Positions 9,814 through 17,148 of a stretch of 64,000 nt of DNA are shown one piece after another. Each line of letters opens with the position of its first letter. Position 1 is the first letter of the stretch. Below the pieces are notes generated by a model. That model was not told the DNA's origin. It did not search any database and worked only from the letters and a program-made list of their open reading frames with translations. A program made the translations under genes and the position numbers. This stretch comes from Deltaproteobacteria bacterium (GTDB lineage Bacteria > SAR324 > NAC60-12), in the NCBI GenBank assembly GCA_038150265.1, contig JAYOTF010000011.1:11130-75129 (forward strand). The letters are read 5' to 3'.

Positions 9814-10217
9814 CCTCGACTCCCTCGACTCCCATTGACGAGCACCAGGAATATGCCACGGTCCTGACCTGGGGCAACCGCCTTGGGTTGCTCCTGCTCG
9901 TGCTCGGTTTTGTCAGCTACGTCACCGGCCTGCTACCGGGCACCCTCCCCCTGAACGAGTTGCCCCAGCTCTGGTCCCTCCCGCTTCCGGAATTCCTGGC
10001 ACAGTCTCAAGCGCCTCAGGGCTGGAACTGGCTGACAGTCGCTGGTAACGGAGATGGCCTGGCCATGATGGGCATCCTCACCCTCGGGTGCATCACGGTG
10101 GTCAGCTACAGCTTCCTCGTGGTCCGGTTCCTCCGGACGCGTGAGACCCTGCGTCTGTGGATGGCATTGGGCGAGATCGCGGTCACTGTGGTGGCCGCTC
10201 TGGGGTGGGGGCTTTAG
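9807..10217 (+). CDS. DUF1634-like membrane protein, the usual TauE partner
   Basis: Three hydrophobic segments, YATVLTWG..LPQLWSLP..GWNWL, and overlap with the tauE stop codon. Confidence 0.7.
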   Translation: MVTSTPSTPIDEHQEYATVLTWGNRLGLLLLVLGFVSYVTGLLPGTLPLNELPQLWSLPLPEFLAQSQAPQGWNWLTVAGNGDGLAMMGILTLGCITVVSYSFLVVRFLRTRETLRLWMALGEIAVTVVAALGWGL

Positions 10218-10219
10218 GA

Positions 10220-10726
10220 CTAAAACGCCTCAGGGCAGTAGTGCGCGTCAATCGGCGCTCCGGCGCCAGAGACCTCTGGGCCAATTGGGCTCCAGCGCCG
10301 GTCTGGGCTCGCCAGAAAGGCAGCAAAATCGGCAGGCACGGATTCGGGCTCAATCCGGGTCACCCGCTCCAGGTCACACTCATACAGCCGGTACTGAACG
10401 ATCCACCCCTGGTCCACATCAAGCGCCTGGAGCTGGGCCAGTTGAAAACGCCGGGGCGGTGTTCCAGCCAGCTCCAGGCTCCGGGAAACACGAGGATTGT
10501 CAAAGATGAGGCGGGTGACCGGCTGAAAGAAGAGGTGGGCCACATTGTAGAGGTCGGGCTCCCGGATCTCCTGCAGCTCCACAAACTGCGGATGCTGCGC
10601 CTCCACGATCTGGCGCATCTGCTCTCCCCACTGCAAGCTGGTCCGGATGGCATACCCCCACCCCAGCACAATGAGGAGCAGGCTCACCACCTGAACGCGA
10701 CGGTTGGAGAAGAGCCGGCGGATCAT
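10220..10726 (-). CDS. hypothetical protein with N-terminal membrane anchor
   Basis: 168-aa ORF with a 4-nt overlap to the channel gene stop and an N-terminal hydrophobic helix. Confidence 0.6.
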   Translation of the reverse strand: MIRRLFSNRRVQVVSLLLIVLGWGYAIRTSLQWGEQMRQIVEAQHPQFVELQEIREPDLYNVAHLFFQPVTRLIFDNPRVSRSLELAGTPPRRFQLAQLQALDVDQGWIVQYRLYECDLERVTRIEPESVPADFAAFLASPDRRWSPIGPEVSGAGAPIDAHYCPEAF

Positions 10727-13227
10727 TTGCGCATGAATTGCTGAACCCGTTGCTTGCCCTTCTCCAGCAGGTGGCTCAGCTCCTCCTGAGGCGCTCCCAG
10801 CAGGTGGGAAATCTCTCCCAGCAGCTTCTGCTCTTCCGGAGCAAAGTCTCGGTCCACCACCGCAATGCTCAGCAGCTCCTCGAGCACCAGGGTGCGATCT
10901 TCGTCGCTGATGTCGATCGGCTCCACCTCCGGATGCCGCCCCAACAGGATCATCTCTTCGAGCTCCTGAACGTGTTCCGGATTGTCCAGCATCCGGACGG
11001 CGCCATGCAGGAAGGTCCGCTCATGCAGGTCGATGGTGTCGTCGGCCATCACCATGGCGACCACGGCCTTGGCGTACCAGAAGCGGTGCTCGGCATCAAA
11101 GTGCTGGAGCAGCTCGGCGCTCAGCTTCGGCCCTTCTTCCTCGTTGAGCGTCTCCTCCATCTCCCGGAGGACCCGAATCGACTTGAGGACCTTGTGGGCC
11201 TGTTCGTTGCCAGAAAGCGCAGACTCCCGGAACCAGTAGTAGGCCTCCTCCCGGTTCTTCGGCACCCCCTGGCCATTGAAGTTCATGATGCCCAGGTTGT
11301 ACTTGGCCCGGGCGTGATCCTGAATGGCCGCCTGATGGAACAGCCGATACGCCTCCCGGAGGTCGCCTCCGGACTTGGTCAGCTCCACCGCCTGCCGAAA
11401 CCAGTCCTCCGCCTCAGTCGGGTTCTGTGCTCGGACCGCTGCGGCCTGGGTCATGCGATCAGCGGCTTCATCGGCAAGCAGGGTGTGGTGCTTCTCAAAG
11501 AAGCTCTGGTTGCGGATGGTCTCCTCCAGCGCCAGGAAGATGAGGCTGTCTCCCGCATGCACCATCAGGTCCGGGTGCGGATTGACGATCAACTTGCGGT
11601 TGTGGCCACGGAGCAGGCCAACCGGCAGCTGATTCGACTGGCGCTTCACATTCAGCACCGTCTCCACCCACTTCAAGGAGGCCCAGGAGCTGGAAAGCCG
11701 CCGGACAAAGAGGCTCTGGACGTGGGCCTCTTCCGAGAGGATCTGGGTCACCAGCGTCCCGTACCCTTCGTTGGTCGCCGTCTGAGAGAGGATCGGCGCA
11801 ATCAGCTCATCCGCCTGCAGGCAGAAGTCGCACCCGACCTTCATCAGCTGCACATCAAAATCCGGCTCCCGGTAGCTCGCAATCGTAAAGATCTCGCCGC
11901 CGGTTTCCTGCTCCAGACGCAGAACGGCCATCAGGGTCTGTCCATCGTGCTGGTGGTCGATGAAGGCCACCTTGGCCTCGGTTGCCCGGGCCTTCCGGAA
12001 GGAGGCTTCGCTGTTGGAAACGCCTTCAATCCAGTCCACCTCCAGGCCTTCCGGAAAGTGCTCCAGGCGGGGGCTTTCCGTGATCACCACCACCCGTTCC
12101 CGGGTCCGTGCCTTCTGCAGCTCCCTGAGCAGGCGTTCAATGAACATCAGGTTATCGGAGCTGATCACCAGGTGTCCCTCCACCCGCAGGTCTTCCATTC
12201 CGGAAATTTCGAGAGCGTGCTCCTCCTGGTCTCCCTTGGGACGAGTGGCCGGGGGTTGGAGCTGCAGCACCTGTGTGCCCTTGGGCAGCACATGATCGGC
12301 CGGAGGATTCACCAGCACCATTTCATCCTCAAACAGCCCGATTGGCATGACGCCCTGCTCGCTCTTGAGGTGAGCAATCACGTCAATCCAGGCCTTGCCT
12401 TCGAGTTCCGGAGAGAGTTCCTGATTGACCAGTCGGTGCCCCTTGGGCTGGTTGACCACCTCATGCACCCATGCGGGCCCTCCCTGAGACCGGTAGGCCT
12501 GCACCATCAGGGGCACATAGACCTCATACGGATCCAGCGCATGGTCGCACCCAATTTCCTGGAAGTGCTTGCGGTTGCTCTCACCGGTGTACTGCGCCAT
12601 CGTCACCACCTCCCCGTTGCTGAGGCTCTCCAGCTGCAGCACCGTCATCAGGGTCAGGCTGTTCTCCTGGTAAGAGACGTATGCAATCTTGGCCTTTTCG
12701 GCAGACGCCTTGCGCAGGATGTCAATGCTGTAGCTCTCTCCAGAGATCCAGGGGAGCTTCTTGTAGCGTGTGGTGATCAGGGGGTGTTCGTCTCCCGGAC
12801 CAATCAGAGCGACCTTGTTTTGCTCCAGAAACGACTGGTTTTGTGCCAGGATTTCTTCCATGAAGGTGGGGCTGTCGGAACAAATCAGCACATGATCCTT
12901 CTCGGAAACCGGATCCAGCCCACGTTCGCGTCCGCTCTTGAACTCCTCAAACTTGGCTGTCACCAACGAGACAATGATGGAGAAGTTCACAATCCCGGCC
13001 GCCATGACGAGGAAGGTGAAGATCCGCCCCCCCACCGTGATGGGGGCCATGTCTCCATATCCGACGGTGGTGATGGTCTCCACCGTCCACCAGAGGGCAT
13101 CAAAGGGGGTGTTGAAGGTGCTGTTTTCGTCTCCCGTCAGGATGTATTCAAAGAAATAGATCCCGAGGGTGCTGGTGAGCAGCAGCAGCGGCAGCATCAC
13201 CAAAAAGATAAATCGCGCTTTGTTCAT
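10723..13227 (-). CDS. 2-TM potassium channel with tandem RCK domains, Sel1 repeats and a C-terminal TerB-like domain
   Basis: Pore and filter DALWWTVETITTVGYGD; two RCK units (VNPPADHVLPKG, VNPHPDLMVHAGDSLIFLA); Sel1 repeat AKYNLGIMNFNGQGVPKNREEAYYWFRESA; TerB-like AMVMADDTIDLHERTFL..IAVVDRDFAPEEQKLL. Confidence 0.9.
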   Translation of the reverse strand: MNKARFIFLVMLPLLLLTSTLGIYFFEYILTGDENSTFNTPFDALWWTVETITTVGYGDMAPITVGGRIFTFLVMAAGIVNFSIIVSLVTAKFEEFKSGRERGLDPVSEKDHVLICSDSPTFMEEILAQNQSFLEQNKVALIGPGDEHPLITTRYKKLPWISGESYSIDILRKASAEKAKIAYVSYQENSLTLMTVLQLESLSNGEVVTMAQYTGESNRKHFQEIGCDHALDPYEVYVPLMVQAYRSQGGPAWVHEVVNQPKGHRLVNQELSPELEGKAWIDVIAHLKSEQGVMPIGLFEDEMVLVNPPADHVLPKGTQVLQLQPPATRPKGDQEEHALEISGMEDLRVEGHLVISSDNLMFIERLLRELQKARTRERVVVITESPRLEHFPEGLEVDWIEGVSNSEASFRKARATEAKVAFIDHQHDGQTLMAVLRLEQETGGEIFTIASYREPDFDVQLMKVGCDFCLQADELIAPILSQTATNEGYGTLVTQILSEEAHVQSLFVRRLSSSWASLKWVETVLNVKRQSNQLPVGLLRGHNRKLIVNPHPDLMVHAGDSLIFLALEETIRNQSFFEKHHTLLADEAADRMTQAAAVRAQNPTEAEDWFRQAVELTKSGGDLREAYRLFHQAAIQDHARAKYNLGIMNFNGQGVPKNREEAYYWFRESALSGNEQAHKVLKSIRVLREMEETLNEEEGPKLSAELLQHFDAEHRFWYAKAVVAMVMADDTIDLHERTFLHGAVRMLDNPEHVQELEEMILLGRHPEVEPIDISDEDRTLVLEELLSIAVVDRDFAPEEQKLLGEISHLLGAPQEELSHLLEKGKQRVQQFMRK

Positions 13228-13649
13228 GGCATCAGGCTTTTGTGACGTTGGATGCCCCTCTGGGTCAACGGCAGGGGGCAGGGGCCCGGACCTGCCTCGT
13301 CAGCCTGTGCCTCCGGGGTCTCGGAGGGCACACTCACGTGAGGCAGCGTCTCAATGGGCGCAGGACCTCTTCCCGATTTTCTTGGGCAACAGGGGAAGGT
13401 GCTGTTGTTCTGCACTTCTGCAGAAAGGGCCTCAGGGAGGCCTTCAGGTCTCGTCTGTTCCAACCAGGAGCGTTGGAACCTGGGGGCACGCGGGAAGTGT
13501 CGGCCAGGGGACGGGGTGTTCATGGGCCTGCAGGGTTCATTCGGAGCCCACGGGCTCCTCCGGATGGCTCCGTCCAGCGGTTCGGGCCATGGCCGACCAC
13601 CGAGTCCGGATCACCAACCCGCTTCTGCAGCTTCAGCGCCTGGGCGGGC

Positions 13650-15170
13650 TCAGTCCAGGTCTCCGAGCGTGATGATCTGATCCGAAGGTGCCAGGACAAA
13701 GGAGCGTTCCAGGCTGGGACACCAGTCAATGCGACCGGTTTCCGTCGACTCCTCGCCATAGAGAATGCCCAAAAACACCTCGCCTTGCGTCTGAGCCGCC
13801 AGCACCAGGTCTGCCGTCTCCAGAGAAGCGGTGCTTTCGGGGAAGAGCGTCTCCACGGTTCGGGAGCGTACGCCCTGGGTTCGGTTTTCCACCAGTTGGG
13901 TCCAGAACGGGCTTTGCTCCGGATTCAGCACGGCCCGCAGCAGCACCCCCAGGAGCAGGGACTGCGACGACGTCGCCTGAACGCCCACTCGGGCATACGC
14001 CGCTTCTTGCCCCCACTGGCGCACCTCCACCACCCAATCCGGACGCGCGTCCAGCTGCCGGGCCTGGCGCTGGAGTTGCCGGCAGAGGCGCCACGCCTGA
14101 GCCCCTTCATCAGGATTCAGGATCAGCACCGAGGCATACTGATTCAGCTTCAGAGCCCGGAGGATTTTCGGATCCTGCACATCCAGGGAGCGGACCTTCA
14201 GGTTCAGGCCTGGCAGCTGGTGCTGGAGGTCCTGAATGGACTCGGCGGTCAAGGGCACCCCGGGCTCGGTGAGCACATGCAGAATGGAGCCATCCGGAAG
14301 CAACTCGGCAAGCTGTGTCAGCAGAGGCTCGGCCGTACGGGTCCAGCGCACCACCAGGTGCACCCCCGGACGCAGCACCGGATCCTGCGGCTGCAGACGC
14401 GGCACCTGCGAGGTCGCTGGCGTTGCACGAAAATCCAGGGGCGTTTCGGCCGGCATCCAGATCAAGAGCTCATCCTCGCCCTGAAGCTCGGTGGTGGGCG
14501 GAGGCGCAATGAAGATCCGGCCATCCGGAAAGCGAATCCCCACGGGTTGCCCCTGATAGGCCCGCAGCTGGGCCTCTCCAAAGCGCATGCCCTGCCAGCC
14601 GTCTTCCGGAGCATAGCGGCGCAGGTCTCCGGTGTGGCAAAAGCCCTCCAGGCACCGGGCCTGAAAGTCCGGACGCAGCGAGTTCGCCATCAGCCACCCC
14701 TGCAGCTCGCCTTCCACAAAGACGGTGGCATCCGGAAGCCACTCCAGCACCTGCTGGCGTCCTTCCTCAGTTTCCATCACCACCCCGACGCGTCCCAGGT
14801 CGGCGACGGTCAGGATGCTGGCGAGGGTCAGCAGGGTTTCGTCTTCCGAGGCCTCCGGCAGCACCAACACGCCGACCGGCCCTGCAAGCGGCAACGACTG
14901 CAGCAGGTCGCCATCTGACACCTGGCCCGGGATGACCTGTACCGACACCGGAAGGTGCGTCTGCAGAGCAGCCACGGCGGCAGACACTTCCAGGACGTCT
15001 GTTTCCGGGAGCAGCACAATCTGCTCCAACTCCAGGTTGAGTTGGCTGAGCCAGCGAAGGAGGCTCACCTGGCGCAGGCTTCCGCCGCAGATCAACAGGC
15101 TCTTCGGGGGACGCTGCAGGGCCTCCCAGTTCTCTGTCGCCGTGATCGGCTCAAACGGTTCCAGTTCCAT
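13650..15170 (-). CDS. soluble tandem-RCK protein (CASTOR/POLLUX/TrkA-like), no pore
   Basis: LLICGGS, GIRFPDGRIFIAPPPTTELQGEDELLI, HLVVRW, and C-terminal FLGI..GRIDWCPSLERSFVLAPSDQIITL. No TM pore or filter sequence. Confidence 0.6.
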   Translation of the reverse strand: MELEPFEPITATENWEALQRPPKSLLICGGSLRQVSLLRWLSQLNLELEQIVLLPETDVLEVSAAVAALQTHLPVSVQVIPGQVSDGDLLQSLPLAGPVGVLVLPEASEDETLLTLASILTVADLGRVGVVMETEEGRQQVLEWLPDATVFVEGELQGWLMANSLRPDFQARCLEGFCHTGDLRRYAPEDGWQGMRFGEAQLRAYQGQPVGIRFPDGRIFIAPPPTTELQGEDELLIWMPAETPLDFRATPATSQVPRLQPQDPVLRPGVHLVVRWTRTAEPLLTQLAELLPDGSILHVLTEPGVPLTAESIQDLQHQLPGLNLKVRSLDVQDPKILRALKLNQYASVLILNPDEGAQAWRLCRQLQRQARQLDARPDWVVEVRQWGQEAAYARVGVQATSSQSLLLGVLLRAVLNPEQSPFWTQLVENRTQGVRSRTVETLFPESTASLETADLVLAAQTQGEVFLGILYGEESTETGRIDWCPSLERSFVLAPSDQIITLGDLD

Positions 15171-15282
15171 GGGTTCAGCGCGGGAAAGAGGGTTGATTCA
15201 GGATTGGAGAAAAGTTCTCAGGTCTGGGCAGGGTGAGGACTCTAAAATTAAGGCCCTTTTCTAGCGAAACCATTCCGGATAA

Positions 15283-16401
15283 TCAAGCTTTGTCACGGGG
15301 GAACTGATGAACCCGCGGAATTCGCTCGGTCAGCCCGGTCAGAATCTCGTAGGCAATGGTCCCGGTTCGAGACGCCAGTTCCTCAGCCGTCACCTCCTGC
15401 GCGCCTTCCTGACCGATCAGCGTGACCCATTCCCCCACTTTGGCCTCCTCCGGAGTGGCAATCATGAGCTGATCCATGCACACCCGCCCCAGGATCGGGA
15501 CGCGTTCCTCCCGGAACAGAACCGGCCCGCCATTGGAGAGGTGGCGTCGGTAGCCATCGCCATACCCGACCGGAAGCGTGGCCACTGGAGTCGGCTCCGT
15601 TGCCTGCCACGAGGCGCCATAGCTGACGGTTGCTCCCGGAGGCACCGTTTTGCTAAAGGACACCTGCGCCTTGAGTGAAAGCGCCGGCTGAACCGGAACC
15701 GTCCGGTGACTCAACGGGTCGGGGTAGACCCCATAGAGCAGCAGCCCGGGGCGGACGCAGTCGAAGTGCGCGTCCGGAAAGTGCAACACGCCTCCGGAGT
15801 TGGCCATGTGCCGCATCGGCAGAGGCTGCCCCAGTTGCTCCCAAACCCTTGATACGGCCTCAAAGGCTTCCAGCTGCAACCGATTCATCGGGTGCTCCGG
15901 GTCGTCTGAGCAGGCAAAGTGCGAGTAGAGGCCCCGGACGTCCACCCAGCGCGAGCGCGCCACCGCCTCCAGCAGAGGCCGGGCCTCTGCCGCCCGCACG
16001 CCGGTCCGTTCCATGCCGGTGTCAATCTTGAGCTGAACCGGAAGTCGGGTCTGGTGTTTCTGTGCCAGCGCCTCCACGGCTTCCAGCATCTGCAGGTTCC
16101 CCAGGCTGAAGTCGAGGTGGTGGGTGTAGAAGTGGGGGAGCTGGTGAGGCTGGTGTCCGCCCAACACCAGGATCGGCGTGGTGATTCCAGCGGTCCGGAG
16201 CGCCATGCCTTCTTCCACCAGCGCCACAGCCAGCCACTCCACCCCCAGGTGTTCGTACCAGCGAGCCACCTCCACCAGGCCATGACCATAGGCGTTGGCC
16301 TTGACCACCGCCATCACCTGAGGCGCCCGGACGTGCTGGCGGATTGCCCGCAGGTTCGAGGCCAGGGCCGCCATGTCAATGAACGCTGCAGCAGGACGCA
16401 T
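15283..16401 (-). CDS. alr: alanine racemase
   Basis: MAVVKANAYGHG, KIDTGMER, SHFACSD, HMANSG, VRPGLLLYG, GYGDG, GRVCMDQ, TIAYEIL. Confidence 0.95.
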   Translation of the reverse strand: MRPAAAFIDMAALASNLRAIRQHVRAPQVMAVVKANAYGHGLVEVARWYEHLGVEWLAVALVEEGMALRTAGITTPILVLGGHQPHQLPHFYTHHLDFSLGNLQMLEAVEALAQKHQTRLPVQLKIDTGMERTGVRAAEARPLLEAVARSRWVDVRGLYSHFACSDDPEHPMNRLQLEAFEAVSRVWEQLGQPLPMRHMANSGGVLHFPDAHFDCVRPGLLLYGVYPDPLSHRTVPVQPALSLKAQVSFSKTVPPGATVSYGASWQATEPTPVATLPVGYGDGYRRHLSNGGPVLFREERVPILGRVCMDQLMIATPEEAKVGEWVTLIGQEGAQEVTAEELASRTGTIAYEILTGLTERIPRVHQFPRDKA

Positions 16402-17024
16402 CAGCCGTGCTGACTGTAAAAGCCGAAGATGGCGGCACAGAACAGCTCAAAGTTCTCCACCTCGGCATCTTCAGCAATGCGCTCCAGGGTTTCCAGGAAC
16501 GGATCAAAGCCGTAAAACTGCCGAAAGATTTCGGGAATGCGCACCCGGATCCTTTGCTCTTGCAGCAGGGGCACCAGTTCATTGACAATCAAGGGAAGGG
16601 CTTCTGGCGATTCCCGCAACCGCCGCAGGGTGTGCTGGAAGAAGCCCTGGACACGGGTGGAGAGGCGCTGCGGATTGCCCGGAAGCTGCGACGAGGCCGG
16701 AAACTTCCCCGGCTTGCGCGGAGGCTGCCCCAGCGCAGTGGAGGCGACCTTGCGTTTGCGGTGGGGGGAATCGGTCGACACCACCCCCAGCCCATAGGCG
16801 CCTTCGGCTTCGAGCTTCCGGAACAGCTGGCTCGCTTTCTCGGCATTGAGCTCACTCTCCGCATGCGGCGGAGCGATCGTGCGTCCCAGAAACGGATTCT
16901 TCCGATTCCGGTACACGCCGTACGTCTCGGCACCAAACTCGTAGGGCAGGGGCTGCACTCCCTTGATTTTTCCTCCCTCCTGATTGAGGATGAGGGGCAC
17001 TTTCTCTGAAGGCTTGTCGCTCAT
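16401..17024 (-). CDS. hypothetical protein
   Basis: 207-aa ORF whose stop codon overlaps the alr start codon by 1 nt; coding-like codon usage. Confidence 0.65.
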   Translation of the reverse strand: MSDKPSEKVPLILNQEGGKIKGVQPLPYEFGAETYGVYRNRKNPFLGRTIAPPHAESELNAEKASQLFRKLEAEGAYGLGVVSTDSPHRKRKVASTALGQPPRKPGKFPASSQLPGNPQRLSTRVQGFFQHTLRRLRESPEALPLIVNELVPLLQEQRIRVRIPEIFRQFYGFDPFLETLERIAEDAEVENFELFCAAIFGFYSQHG

Positions 17025-17148
17025 GATTCAGTTTGGTTCAACAGCATCCATCTCCCCCTCTGTGGGAAAGTGTGTCACAGTTCTTGCTCGTGGTGTTGGG
17101 CAACCTTAAGTTCACCCTCGGCCTACAACGCATGACCCCGGCGAAACC

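Noticed and set aside
10738..13245. 835-aa plus-strand ORF (and 13242-14918)
   Set aside because: Antisense shadows of the channel and RCK genes.
13270..13335. CTGACGA next to hairpins on the minus strand, suggesting a hammerhead ribozyme
   Set aside because: No GAAA follows stem II, so the catalytic core is incomplete.
13224..13523. 99-aa Pro-rich minus-strand ORF coupled to the channel start
   Set aside because: Low complexity, no clear RBS and no family resemblance. Kept only as part of the leader finding, not as a feature.
13560..13645. Possible c-di-AMP (ydaO) riboswitch upstream of the K+ channel, suggested by CGCTGAA and CCCGAACC on the minus strand
   Set aside because: The conserved GGGGGAACC, GGGGTGAA and GTCAGCTAAC elements are absent. 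An Rfam scan would settle it.
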